DNA from: Eledone cirrhosa
Lineage: Eukaryota
Reading direction: 5' to 3'
NCBI GenBank assembly: GCA_964016885.1
Contig: OZ024740.1
Location: 281,232,001 to 281,296,000, forward strand
Length of the DNA stretch: 64,000 bases
Under the pieces are notes generated by a model. That model made no database searches and had not been told where the DNA came from. It worked only from the letters and a program-made list of their open reading frames with translations. Shown here in pieces: positions 25,886 through 41,263 of this stretch. Made by a program: the position numbers and the translations under genes. Position 1 is the first letter of the stretch. Each line of letters starts with the position of its first letter.

Positions 25886-27409
25886 TAAAAAAAAATGTTG
25901 TTATTGCATTAAACAACAATTAAGTTTAAGGACTCAGGGCTGTTAGGTACCTTTCTATGGAAGAGGTTCCAACATCCTCCCCGCCTTTAGTATTTTGGGG
26001 GGTTTTTTGCACCATTTTTCTTATTAAGTTGTATTTCCAAACATACGGATTGCACTTTGGTCCTCTGCCCTGCAGCAGCAACAGTCTAATTAACTTTCTC
26101 GCCGCTGCTACGATAGTATTTTGATTGGCCTGCGAAAGAATATTCAGAAATTATGATTTTTTTTTAATATATATCACTAAGAAACGAAAGATTTTATAAA
26201 ACTCCTGGACAGCAAGACTACCTTATTTATATGGACTAGATATTCTCTTTGTATCAACAATCGTTTCTAACTGATGTCGTTCAGGTTTATAAACAGAAGC
26301 AATATCACTATATTAAGCCCGCGTTTTCTATCTGCTCGAAGGAAAACATATTTCATTCTAATAATTTATATATTTAATCACCATTTTTATGCGTAAATAT
26401 GTAAGTGATTTGCAAGCAATATTTACGGCCAATCACTTCTTGCCGTTAACTGCCATCCTGAGAAGACAGTTTACTGTTAGGTATGCCATGCGGCTTATTG
26501 GCATCTCTTGTTATAAAAGGATATCAGATATTAATACTTGACTTGTATTGAAAATATATTCACCCAAGTAGGAAACAGCTTCAATTAATTATCCATGCAA
26601 AAATGGACATCATTGTTTGGAAGTGTGTGAGCAATTATTTGTTTTAAATGAAGCATACTAAAAATCAATAAAGAACAAAATTGACTGGTAACGATTTGGT
26701 ATTCGCATCATTTGAGAACTAAATTGATTGGTAACATCTTGGTATTGGCATCAATAAATTTGACACGTAATAGAAGCCTCACATTTTACATTGATTTTGA
26801 ACATTCTTCTTTTACTATATTTTATCCCTCAACATTCCATGTATGGTGTACATAATCTTATAAATTAAATTGTGCGTGTCTTTTCGTAGATTTTATGCCC
26901 TAATTGAAATAAATTGCGATCAAATCAGGTTTTCGAGTTCTTAGGTCATTAATTGGCGTTCTTCAATACGTAAAGATGAATTTTAAGCATGCACCGCTAA
27001 TTAATGTCATGAAAATATATGACTAGATACATTTAAATTGGTAATTCTCATATTTCGAATGTTTTGCTATATCCATCTGCCGCACAGACTACTCATTAAT
27101 GTGCTACATATAGCGTAGAGTATGTGATGTGTTAGTTTTCTATTTCATTAAATCCTTTGCTATATTTTGCACATACAAAAAAGTAACAATTAATTAACCA
27201 AACAATATTAGTCTTAGACTAAATATTTTTTATTTCACTGCATAATTATTTTTAGTTAGCTTTTTAGTGCTTGTTGAATTAACTATGTCAACTTCAATAT
27301 AATTCTTCATTGGTTGACGTTTCTGATATATTGAATGAATTATAAGCGCCGCTTCTTAATAGAAAATGTTGTTGTTGTTTATCTTCAGGTCAAGCTGACC
27401 TGTGACAGG

Positions 27410-27625
27410 TTGTTCTGCCGCGGTCATTTCGTTCTAACCTACTGCAATGGACAGTGGCATCTTTTCGATGATAAAAAAAGGCCATCTATCGGAACAGTTT
27501 AACATTGCATTCGTGATACACCAAAGAATGCCTCTAAAGTATTTTGGTGTCTTGGCACAAGGGCCTCTCCTGCAAGAAAGCCGTCTTTGCATACGTAGAC
27601 GATGTCACGAGTTTGCCTTTGTGCA
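27410..27625 (+). pseudogene. Small decayed L1/Tx1 RT fragment
   Basis: GHLSEQFNI and gcatacgtagacgatgtcac (YADD remnant). Confidence 0.6.
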
Positions 27626-27699
27626 CATTCGAACACAATTATGTAGAACGTGCATTGTATGATTACATGAGCGAAAATTAGACTTAAAGGAACTTTCTG

Positions 27700-27895
27700 A
27701 AATAATCGTTTCTACTTTTGGCACAAGGCCAGCAATTATCCTAGTGCATTACTGTTACTTTATTTTATCGACGCCGTAAGGATGAAAAGCAAAATTAACC
27801 TCAGCGGGAATTAAACTGAGACCGCAAAGGGCCGTAACTCTATGCTGTAAAGCATGGCATCCGTCCCTCTACCGATACTGCCAATCAGCCGCCTT
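27700..27895 (-). mobile_element. tRNA-derived SINE
   Basis: Same consensus as 8999-9190. Confidence 0.88.
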
Positions 27896-28774
27896 AAAAT
27901 AATTCACTTTCTCAAATAATGATGGGAAAGTAACCAAGTAAATAAACTATGCATCTTAATAGGTATTTTTGTTGATGAAGATCAAGCCGACTCAAGCTAG
28001 AACGTCGATCAAACGTGTGCAAGCCACGTTTATCTCAATTTTTTATTTTGTTTAGTTTTATATGGGACCACATTATCCAGTAGGTATTTCCAGAAAGAAA
28101 TATGTTGAGGAAGATAGAGTGGCTATTTGTGGAAGTTCGAGTGAATAAATACGAGGTGAAATTGTTGTGGCATAGAGATGTTGTAAGGGTATTATAATGT
28201 CAAGTGAGATAGAGAAGAGACCTAGGGGTTTGCTAACCAGATTGCAGAGTCGTTGTATCTAATGAAGAGGAAAATATGGAAGTTAAATATAATCAGTAAG
28301 TTAATGACAAACCCGAGGGATTGTAGGTTTTTGTGCTGTCAAAACGATAGAGTAGGAACAAAAGGATTGAATATCTACAACAGCAAAAAATTAGTTTAAT
28401 AAGCTTTATAGAATTAAATAGTTCCATATGTCATACGGACAGAAAGTTTTCACGTAACGCAAGGGCTTTAGACGAAGAAAAAAATTAGGAAAAATAAGTC
28501 TTTAACACATTTCAAATTGGGAAATATGGTGAAGTTAACCACCCAATAAATACCCCAATCCTGGATATGCTTATACACATGCATACATATGTATAAGTAT
28601 TAATAGCAATCCAGGTTCAACAATCTGAAAAGATTTCAAAGTCTTTAATCATACGTGTATTCAATCAATATTGATCAAGCGTTAGACGATAAAAGCAGCT
28701 CTGTCATTACGAAATATATACACACACATGGCACACATGCACGCATATATATTTTTTGTGTGTGTCTACTTGTC

Positions 28775-28808
<34 letters not shown>

Positions 28809-29039
28809 CGCGCGTGTGTGTGTGGTAATATCAGTAGGAACTCAATCGGGAAGAGGGCAGAAATATATTATTTATTTATGTTCATACATTGAACAGAAGC
28901 GCTACCAACGGCTTCAAGACCCAATATCTCCAGAAATGTAAAAGGGACCAAATTTGTGACCTATCTTCGGATGCTTGTACGAGTTTATAAACTTTAGGTA
29001 GTGCTCTTATTCTGTTTATGAACATAAATAAATAATATA

Positions 29040-29111
29040 GTATAATTGTTTGTACTTTTGGCACGAGGCCAGCAATTATTTCAGTGCATTACTGGTACTT
29101 TATTTTATCGA
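29040..29111 (-). mobile_element. SINE 3' half
   Basis: ataattgtttgtacttttggcacgaggcc ... tttatcga. Confidence 0.8.
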
Positions 29112-29125
29112 TAATTAATATATTA

Positions 29126-30773
29126 CACTGGTCAACAGCCAAAATGGTTCTTACATGTGAATATGTGCATCTTACTAATTTCATAGCACTAAATTCAGTT
29201 TTGATATTCATTTTTTGCTATCGGACCAGAATGCCTTAATATGAGATCGAAAATATGTTCCTCGTATTGCATTATTTATCCATTGTGTAACATATGATGA
29301 CTTAGATATAAACATATTAACTTATTAATAAAAAATATATAAACATATTTTTATTTATTTTTTTAACACTTAGTATATTAACAAAACATTCTGAACAACA
29401 TTCTGAACATAACAAAATATTTCAAAACATTTCTAAAAAGATTTCTGGATTTTGCTTTTACGCTTGTTTTGCTGGCTCTCCTCACGTTGCAGTGTCCAGC
29501 AGTAGTCGCCCATCATGTTGGGATTGAACCGACCCTGATACCTACTGTCCATTATGGCAATGTCCTGGTGAAACCTCTCTCCTTGTTCATCACTGATGTC
29601 TCTTAGATTACTTGGGAAGAAATCCAGATGAGAATGGAAGAAATGAAGCTTCAATGACATTCGTGAACCCAGAGCGCGATAATTTTGTATCATGGTTTCA
29701 ACAATTTCTTTATAGTTGTCTGCACGGTGGTTTCCAAGAAAGTTCTGTGCCACATCTACAAATTATTTCCATGCATTAGTCTCCAAAGGGTTTAGTGTTT
29801 TCGTAAACTCACTATCAGTAACCAGCATACGTATCTGAGGACCATTCAAAACCCCTGCTTTTAACTTTGCTTCAGATACTACTCTACCCAATTTCTTACA
29901 CAAGTACTGAACTGAAACCCATTACTTGTATGATCCATGCTTTTAATAAAGTTTCTGGCCAAGCCTAATTTGAGATGTAATGGAGAGAGGAATACTTTTT
30001 CTGGATCCACGAGAGGTTTGTACAGACAGTTGAATCTACCGGGTGCATCTTTTGGTCTTGTTGGCTAATCCTTCTTCATGTCGTGCTCCGCATCTGATCT
30101 ACTATTCCACAAACATAGATAACACATATGCTTTGTGTAACCAGTCTGAAGACCTATAATGGCAGAAGACCTATATGGCAGAAGTAGCAACCGTTATTGT
30201 GGTCTTTTGGTTCTCGCCACACCATTGGTACGGCAAATAGCAAACCAGAGCTTCGTTTCCCATTCTTCCATTCACTTAGGTGATTAACACATGACCTACA
30301 CGCTATATGAAGCGCCCATTTTTTGTCCTGGTCTCCTAATGGACATTTGAAGTAGCATTTGTAGTTTCCTCGAACTGCTTTTGTGATTGGTTTCTTTATG
30401 CTATCTGGGGTAAAGTGTCCACAAATATAGCAAAATCGGTCCGGGCCATTTACACATTTCCGGCGTTCCATCTCTCCCACTAGTCAAAGTTGTTGTGAAT
30501 TATCCAAGAATAGCTGAGGATAGTTACAATTCTGTGATCTGAAACAAAAGCAGTAAATATAAATTAGTTAACAACTAAATATAATGGATACAATTGGATG
30601 AAGTAATATTAGCCACATAGCTATGGGTCATAAACATGTATATGGTGGTTCTCGAAAACTAGACCTGCTACAGCTTAACCGTTGTCATATTCTGATTCTG
30701 CACACTTGATTAACCTAGAATCATACTAAATTATACCAGAACCATGAAATAAATATTTTTTTATTGACCAGTG
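29126..30773 (-). mobile_element. Chapaev3-type (CMC superfamily) DNA transposon, internally deleted
   Basis: TIRs CACTGGTCAA / TTGACCAGTG; TTA duplication at 29123-29125 and 30774-30776; transposase pieces CVNGPDRFCYICG, VPMVWREP, CYFC, LSPLHLKLGL, MSLKLHFFHSHLDFF, SDEQGERFHQD. Confidence 0.88.
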
Positions 30774-30799
30774 TTATTCATAAATGATATATATAATAT

Positions 30800-30990
30800 A
30801 TAATTGTTTCTTCTTTAGGCACAAGGCCAGCAATTATCCAGTGCATTACTGGTACTTTATTTTATCGACCCCGTAAGGATGAAAGGCAAAGTCAACCTCG
30901 GCGGGATTTGAACTCAGACCGTAAAGGGACGTAACTATGCTGGAAAGCATGGCGTCCGACCCTCTACCGATACTGCGAATCCACCGCCAT
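30800..30990 (-). mobile_element. tRNA-derived SINE
   Basis: Near-consensus full copy. Confidence 0.9.
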
Positions 30991-31112
30991 ATATATAATA
31001 TACATAATATATAATATGATATAATTTAATAATATATAATATGATATATAATATACAATATGATATATAATATGATATATAATATACATAATATATAATA
31101 TGATATAATATA

Positions 31113-31721
<609 letters not shown>

Positions 31722-31857
31722 TTTTTTTAGTTCTGGTATCTCAAATTAGTGACATCGAACCACAACTATTATACACACCATGCATATTTCTGTAGGTACC
31801 TAGTGCCTGTTGGAATATCCATACCCTTTTATATATATATATATATATATATATACT

Positions 31858-32231
31858 ATATTATATTTTGAGAATAAACTCTCAGTCGTTTACAATAATT
31901 AAGCTCCAGGAAAAGGGGCTCTTCCGAGCAGTCAAATACATTAAAATATATGATAAACACGAAATGTGTTTACATTGCAACAGACAAAGTTAGCTATTAA
32001 TGAAATAAACTAATTAAAGTGAATACAATTTGTCTGTCTCGATATAAGTCAATAAAGACAAGCTTATATTGGCAACGGCCATGATTCCTGGACAGATTTA
32101 AATTTCAAAATTCAAACCTGTTCTGTAGACGAATTTGAACCTCGAAACCTAAATCAGTTTCGCAACGGTGGTATGTGAATTGAAAAATAAAGAGAATCGA
32201 AATGGAATAGAAATAAAAAAGTGAAATATCC
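31858..32231. repeat. Dispersed repeat, second rearranged copy at 41260-41792
   Basis: 31940-32231 matches 41261-41551 directly; 31858-32020 matches 41631-41792 inverted. Confidence 0.85.
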
Positions 32232-32334
32232 TTTATTGTAGAGCTGATCTTTAATCCTGCATAAGCGGCTGTTATTTCTAGCACCGTGAATGTGGGACGG
32301 CTAGTTTGGCCTGCTTACACACGTATATATATAT

Positions 32335-33845
32335 TTAATAAAGGAATTATGGTAAGGAACCAGATGGACCATAACGCACCAGAGTACTCAATACTTAGTA
32401 GAGTGGGAAATAGGAAAAAGTATGACCCCGAGGGCAGAGCTCAAGCCGTTTCGAAGGCTATTTCTGAACTATATTAGAATTTTTAGCCTGGTGAATAAAT
32501 ACCCGAACTTGTCAAGGGGTACTTCCTTATATGGGAAGATTTTAGTTGTCAAGAGGATTGGTTAAAATTTGCTGTAAACACAAATAAGTCTATCATGGCA
32601 TTTGGTGGGTGGTAGGGTGGCTGAACTTGCCTGTAGAACAATAGGGGAGTGAGTGGAGCGGTCAAGCGTTGAAAGTGATATGTATACAGCAGATTCTAAG
32701 GATAGTGTATGAAATGGAGGAGGGAGGTTATAGAATAGGTAATTCGAATGAGAGTAGGAGACAATAAAAGATAATAGAAATAAATAAAAAAAATATATAA
32801 AATTAGATAGTGAGAAATGCATAAAAAAAATCACAATGCTAACTTACAATTTCAGGTTAATAAGTTGAGAATAGAAAAAACTTGTAGAAATTGAGTAGTA
32901 ACAAAACTGATACAAAATTAAAGGGGCCGAACACATCTGACTGCTATAAGTAGTTAGTAAAATGTAATCGGCCAATTCTATCTTAAAATTACAGGGGTGG
33001 GGGAACTAATACTACAGAGGCCCGATGGGCTGCATCGGGGTAGGCGAAAGGCAGACGAGGAAGAAAATAGGGGTGGAAGGAAGTGATAGGATGAGACAGG
33101 GGGAAGAAGACAAAGAGGAAAAGAAAAGACATACATCTACCTATGTAAGCTGGCGTTTCCCCTCACTTATTCGGCAAGTGGGAGGGGGGTGTCAGCTCTT
33201 GTCTACCCACCCGGTCGTTATGGGGTTTGAGGGCGAGGTAAGTCCTACGCAATCTGTGTTTGCATGCGGTTACACGTTCGTCTTTCTTGTTTAGGAGTTG
33301 GTCCTTCAAAAACAGCATTTGTAATGTTTCCTCCGAGCATAAGTGGCATGTCGCCGGACCGGGTTTCGGAAAGTATGTCGGTGCTGGTAGAGCCGGGTCG
33401 TGAAGTCACACGCGGTTAATCCTATATAAGCTTTGTTGGAGGTGTCTGTCCTCCGTTGCACTGGTAAATCACGTTACGTTCTCGGCATTTGTTGTTGAGG
33501 GGGCACGTAGATCTATTAGGGCAGTTACACCTCCTGGTCGGCTCTCCACTGATGTCTAGGTTGTTTCTTCCATAGGGGTTGAGTTTTTTGTTGTTTGAGG
33601 AGACGATGTTTTGTGCGAAGTTAGGTGTGGTGCTGTAGGAGAGTTTGATGGTGTTTTTGTTGATTATGTTGTGGTAGCGGTGTTGTAGTGGGAAGTGTTT
33701 TTTGAGGAGCCTAAAGAAGATTTTCCCGATAGGTGTTGCCACCTGAGCATTATGGGAGGGGGGGGGGTTGAACCACGTTACGTTGCGTGAGCGGCGAGAT
33801 ATGTGGAGGGAGATGTTTTTAACCAGGTTACGATTTGAACACATA
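32335..33845 (-). mobile_element. 5'-truncated Penelope-like element (linker, GIY-YIG relic, 3' region)
   Basis: RNVTWFNPP, IKLSYSTTPN, CNC...CPLNNKC...NVIYQC, then frameshifted IGLTACDFTTRLYQH; flanked by TA repeats. Confidence 0.82.
32424..32520 (-). ncRNA. Degenerate hammerhead motif with enlarged stem II
   Basis: acccc-TTGACAA-long stem II-GAAA-cggc-ttgagctct-gccc-TC-ggggt; the copy at 6227-6256 keeps a perfect stem III acggc/gccgt. Confidence 0.5.
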
Positions 33846-33886
33846 TATGTATATGTCTGTGTTCATTTTTCTTTTATATTCAGTTA

Positions 33887-33931
<45 letters not shown>

Positions 33932-34614
33932 TTTTCGTCGCTATGGCAATTTGGCCCGACTATCGGTCGCTGTATTTGATTTGCAAAGCTGTCTAAACGT
34001 AATGTTATAACTCTGGGGTAATATTTTCCATTGAGTGCTTAGCTGACACCGAATCTGCATTCGTTAGCTTGGCTGCTGCCAAAAGCTTCGTTGATGCTGT
34101 ACTAAAGTTTGTATATATATATATATATAAAATGTTTTGAAACGAAAGGAGCTGTGTGGTTACTAAAAACAAGGTTTAGGATAGTGGTTACGACGGAACA
34201 GGAGGAGAAAGGAAGAAAGGAGTTTCCATCGTCAACTGTAAATGTTTCCCGAACCGATGTTTCGGCGCTGAATTACAGCACATCGTAGTTAGGGTGAGCC
34301 CGAGGCCATTTATTAATCAAAAGGCCAGGTGGAAAAGGAGAGAGAAAGAGAGAAAAGGAAAGAGAGGGAAAGGAGGAAGAACGGGGGGAAAAAAGATGAG
34401 GAGAGAGGAAGAAAGGGGGAAGCGAAGAGGGGAAAAATAGGAAAGGAATACGAGAAAAAAAGAGTACAGGTCCCATCGTGGGCAGACACAGGTGAAAGAA
34501 ACATGAAAAAAAGTAACCGTGGAAAAATAGGGAAAGTAAGTTGTGGCCAACCTGGGAGACTTTAGCCTGGTAGTCAGCGACGACTCAAAGCTGGTATATA
34601 TGTATAGATATGTG

Positions 34615-34645
<31 letters not shown>

Positions 34646-34654
34646 GCATGTGTA

Positions 34655-35576
<922 letters not shown>

Positions 35577-35693
35577 AGGTGAGTTTTATTGTAGTACAAT
35601 AAAGCAATGCAGATATCGGATAAGAAGTTGATATATGTTGATTTAAAACTGCACTATCCACAAGTGTTTTTTAGCCTTCATATCATGTTCTCC

Positions 35694-35764
35694 TGTTTTA
35701 TCTGATGAAAACACAAATATTATTGCATGATGATGTTTGTTTTTGAAATGCGCATAATAAAATA
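35694..35764 (+). ncRNA. Type-I hammerhead ribozyme motif, intact core
   Basis: tgttttat-CTGATGA(35702-35708)-aaacacaaatat/atgtttgttttt-GAAA-perfect palindrome ATGCGCAT-A(35756)-ataaaata. Confidence 0.82.
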
Positions 35765-35794
35765 CATTGAACTCCTTTAACCATCTTTTGATCT

Positions 35795-35856
<62 letters not shown>

Positions 35857-36039
35857 GGGATAACATTTCTTTTTCGCGTACTCTGTTGAAAACCACTGGT
35901 TATAATCAAAGTATTGGAGTTCGATTGACGTAAAATCAGGCGGGTAGCTAACTCTAGACCTACCAGATCAAAGAAACAATTGTCAGCAATGTGAATAAAC
36001 CCGTTATTGTATAGCGAACCATGTCACTCTTCTTTCCTG

Positions 36040-36087
<48 letters not shown>

Positions 36088-36203
36088 TAAAATAACAGTA
36101 ATCTGTTATTTTAATAAATATTTGCTCTACGGTTCTTATATATTTGATATATACTTTCCTTATCGAGCCCTCTATGGATTTTAGTTTTCAATTTTATTAT
36201 TAT

Positions 36204-36305
<102 letters not shown>

Positions 36306-36346
36306 TTATATATATACACATATATATATATATATTTATATATATA

Positions 36347-36433
36347 TTTGTATTGAATACCTTACTGTTGTTACCCCCGATTGAACCCGGGATATATATA
36401 TATATATATATTTTTATATATATATACATATAC

Positions 36434-36505
<72 letters not shown>

Positions 36506-36763
36506 GATATTAATAAATGGAAACTATATTTATAAAACCATATTTATTTCATTATACATATTTCAGGGATACCAAATTAAATTATGGTATGCCTTCATCA
36601 GACAAAATACAATATATGACAGTTTTACAAATAAGCTTTGACGTACCCTATTAAAATGCAACCATTGTTTTTGGAAGTCATCCGGATAGTGATTTGTTTA
36701 TATTACTTTAATAAGTCATAGTGTTAAGGACAATAAGAAAAAGAAAAAAACGTGGAGAGGTAT

Positions 36764-36816
<53 letters not shown>

Positions 36817-36907
36817 ATTGAATACCTTACTGTTGTTACCCCCGATTGAACCCGGGATATATATACATATATATATATTTTTATATATATTATATATATA
36901 TATATAA

Positions 36908-36977
<70 letters not shown>

Positions 36978-37017
36978 ATTGAATACCTTACTGTTGTTAC
37001 CCCCGATTGAACCCGGG
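36347..37017. repeat. Three identical 45-bp units separated by (TA)n
   Basis: tttgtattgaataccttactgttgttacccccgattgaacccggg at 36347-36391, 36812-36856 and 36973-37017. Confidence 0.92.
36545..36609 (-). ncRNA. Type-I hammerhead ribozyme motif, intact core
   Basis: Minus strand tattttgt-CTGATGA-aggcatacca/tggtatccct-GAAA-ATA-TG-TAT-A-atgaaata. Confidence 0.8.
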
Positions 37018-37285
37018 ATATATAAGAAAAGAATGATTTCACTTGTAATTAAAAACAATCTAATTTAATTTTACCCACCCCACCCCCGGATACAGCAAAA
37101 TATATTGAGTCACAAATTACAACACAACTTGAGATCAGTTTGACAATCACCACCGACGAATGCAAGAAAGTTCTCCAGGAAAGTAAACCAGGAATCTTAA
37201 AAAATCTCCCCACCGAAATTAACACAGCACTTACTAGATTTACAAAAACCAAATTGTAAAACTATAATGTTATAAGATTAAATTA

Positions 37286-37367
37286 AATTGTTTAGAACGA
37301 CAAGTAAAGTCATTCTTCCACTTTTTTAAATATACCTAACTGTACCATGGATTTCACACATTTTCCA

Positions 37368-37398
<31 letters not shown>

Positions 37399-37401
37399 CA
37401 T

Positions 37402-37472
<71 letters not shown>

Positions 37473-37495
37473 CACATATATATATACATATACAT

Positions 37496-37550
<55 letters not shown>

Positions 37551-37569
37551 CACATATATATATACATAT

Positions 37570-37633
<64 letters not shown>

Positions 37634-37769
37634 ATATGTATATATATATGTGTCTGTGTGTATGTATATGTATATATATATATATATTGGAAAATGTGTG
37701 AAATCCTTGGTACAGTTAGGTATATTTAAAAAAGGGGAAGAATGACTTTACTTGTCGTTCTAAACAATT
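37286..37769. repeat. 84-bp inverted arms around a TA/CA microsatellite
   Basis: 37286-37369 versus 37685-37769; related sequence at 40832-41193. Confidence 0.88.
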
Positions 37770-38027
37770 ATATATATATACACATATATATATACACATA
37801 TATATATATACATACATATATACATATACACATACACATATATATATATACATATACACATATATATTATATATATATATACATATACACATATATATTA
37901 TGTCGTTCTAAACAATTATATATACATACACATATATATATACACATATATATATATACATATATACATATACAAATACACATATATATATACATATACG
38001 CATATATATACATATACATATATACAT

Positions 38028-38100
<73 letters not shown>

Positions 38101-38887
38101 CATATACATGTATATGTGCATGCTTACACATATATATGCATTTATACCTATGCATAAATACAGCATAAGCCAAAGCATTAATTATAAAATGGGTGGGAAG
38201 TAGGAGATTAAAGAGAACCGATAATATAGCAATATTATGTAGGGGAAAATTGTTATAAAATGGCAGAAAACTATGTTCACACATAAAAGGCGAGGGGAAG
38301 TGTGAATTAACGTAATTATAATAGCCAAACAGATATATACGAATCTACACACGTTTGTACACGTAAACAAAAAAGAATGTTAAATATAGATCAAAACACC
38401 GATAACCGAAACATATAAGGGAAGAATCTGGTAACAAAAAGGCAAAAATATGTGAAGAATGATAAATGTTAATTGATAATTAAAGCTGAAATGTGTTATG
38501 GGTAAACATTACACAGGTTTTTTATTATTATTTACTGATACAAAGAGATTACTGGTGTGAGGCTACACAACAAACCGGGAGAAGATCAACAAAGTCATTG
38601 GACAAACAGTAATGTAGAAACAAAAAGAAAGACAAAACATAAAAGCCAATAAATATAAAACAGGGAGATGGCAAGGAGGAAGAAAATGGCATAACTTGGA
38701 TTGCGTCTAAGGAATGTTTAGTGATGCTAACAGATGATTATAAAACGTGTATATTAGAAAATAGTTTTGTCTGTATGAATGTAAATTGCCAATTCTTACT
38801 GAGAGCGATTCATATCTACATGTGTATACCTACATACATACATACATACATAAATACATACATACATACATACATACATACATACAT

Positions 38888-38918
<31 letters not shown>

Positions 38919-38929
38919 TATATATATAT

Positions 38930-40385
38930 TTAATACAATAACAGAGAAAGCTTTAAGCTAAACTCTGACTGGTAACCATCTCAAATTTGAAATTCCAGCA
39001 GTCTTTAGACTGAGGAATATCATAGCGTCACGAAGCGGAAAAGGGAGGCAATCGCGAGTCACAAGAAAGTAAAAATAATATACACGTGGGTTAATTAGTT
39101 TTTTCAAAAACATTATCAATCCTGCGTGTTAAGAACTCAATTAATTTAAAAAAAATAAATGTCTGCATGTATTAATAACACACGCATACAGATATTTTCT
39201 TAGGCTAAAAACAGAGAAGTGATACCTAAATAACAAACACTATTTCAAAACAGTAATAAATACGAAAAGTTACGTTTAAAAGGTATCTGGAAATAAATTC
39301 TCTGGCCAAATCAAGAGTAAAATATTTAATAAAATAACAGAGAAAGCTTTAAGCTAAACTCTGACTGGTAACCATCTCACTCAACAAACATTAGGATATA
39401 CGTTACTATAATCCCAATTTTGTGTTTGGGGTGCTAACTATATGTATTTTGTGGAAAGCCAGTTGTATTATTTTATATGAGATATAATTAAAATTAAAAT
39501 ATATCTCTCTTTCCAAACAATTGTTTCATTATGAGTTTTCTACAAGTTGGGAGCATGTTTCCGGTTTATGTAGAAGCCTAACATATTTTTCTGTAAGAAC
39601 ATATGCAGGTGGGCACTTAGAAATCATCAGTGGATGCCCATTAAACTTGATATAAGAAAAAATTTCTTACCGCAGTTATTTTTCGTGTCCGCTAAGTCGT
39701 CCCTTCACGCATCAAATGACCGCCAAATTTGAAATTCCAGCAGTCTTTAGACTGAGGAATATCATAGCGTCACGAAGCGGAAAAGGGAGGCAATCGCGAG
39801 TCACAAGAAAGTAAAATTAATATACACGTGGGTTAATTAGTTTTTTCAAAATCATTATCAATCCTGCGTGTTAAGAACTCAATTAATTTTTAAAAAATAA
39901 ATGTATGCATGTATTAATACACACGCATACAGATATTTTCTTAGGCTAAAAACAGAGAAGTGATACCTAAATAACAAACAATATTTCAAAACAGTAATAA
40001 ATACGGAAAGTTACGTTTAAAAGGTATCTGGAAATAAATTCTCTGGCCAAATCAAGAGTAAAATATTTAATACAATAACAGAGAAAGCTTTAAGCTAAAC
40101 TCTGACTGGTAACCATCTCACTCAACAAACATTAGGATATACGTTAGTATAATCCCAATTTTGTGTTTGGGGTGCTAACTATATGTATTTTGTGGAAAGC
40201 CAGTTGTATTATTTTATATGAGATATAATTAAAATTAAAATATATCTCTCTTTCCAAACAATTGTTTCATTATAAGTTTTCTACAAGTTGGGAGAATGTT
40301 TCCGGTTTATGTTCTGTAAGAACATATGCAGGTGGGCACTTATAATTCATCAGTGGATGCCCATTAAACTTTGATATAAGAAAAA
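38930..40385. repeat. Tandem duplication with a period of about 740 bp
   Basis: 38983-39660 repeats at 39725-40385; a 50-bp motif (taacagagaaagctttaagctaaactctgactggtaaccatctc) occurs at about 38935, 39330 and 40072. Confidence 0.9.
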
Positions 40386-40539
40386 ATGTATATATATATA
40401 TATATATGCAAAGGTTATATTTAATTTGTTGGAATTCAACAAAATTAAAAGTTTTATAACTGTTATAAAGCACTCAACAAGTAGTGGAGTAAATATTCAT
40501 TATATTAATAAATGGAAACTCTATTTATAAAACCATAAT

Positions 40540-40605
40540 TATTTTATTATATATATTTCAAAGGCAACCAAGGCAAATTTTGGTGCGCTTTCATCAGATA
40601 AAATA
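40540..40605 (-). ncRNA. Type-I hammerhead ribozyme motif, intact core
   Basis: Minus strand tattttat-CTGATGA-aagcgcacca/tggttgccttt-GAAA-ATATATAT-A-ataaaata; perfect 8-bp stem I. Confidence 0.82.
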
Positions 40606-40669
40606 CAAAATTTGTTTTATAAATGTTGACAGACCCGCAGAAGAACAACCTTGACGGTTGGAGGTTCGC

Positions 40670-40756
<87 letters not shown>

Positions 40757-40802
40757 TATATATGTGTGTGTGTGTGTTTGAGTGTGTATGTGTGTGTGTA
40801 TA

Positions 40803-40837
<35 letters not shown>

Positions 40838-40866
40838 AAATGTGTGAAATCCTTGGTATAGTTAGG

Positions 40867-41185
40867 TATATTTGAAAAAAAGGAAAAGAATGACGTCACT
40901 TGTAGTATTAAATAATTTGATTTAATTTTATAATATTATAATATTATGAGTTGGTAGATCTAGTAAGTTCTTGGTTAACTTCGGTGGGAAGAACTTTAAA
41001 GATTCCTGATTTACTTTGTTGGAGAACATTCTCGCATTCATCGGTGGCGATTGTCAAACTGATATCAGCTTCTCACCGAAGTTAACAAAGAACTTACTAG
41101 GTCTACCAACTCATAATATTATAATATTATAAAATCAAATCAAATTATTTAACATTACAAGTGAAGTCATTCTTTTCCTTTTTTT

Positions 41186-41193
<8 letters not shown>
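40867..41193. repeat. About 125-bp inverted arms with a short spacer
   Basis: 40867-40991 versus 41069-41193; family shared with 37130-37370. Confidence 0.85.

Positions 41194-41263
<70 letters not shown>

Noticed and set aside
34245-34298. Possible minus-strand hammerhead relic
   Set aside because: 5' core too degraded and stem I ambiguous.
36347-37017. CRISPR repeats
   Set aside because: Spacers are TA microsatellite and TE sequence of very unequal length.
40628-40672. cccg-CAGAAGA-caacc/ggttg hammerhead-like hairpin
   Set aside because: GAAA and stem III are absent.
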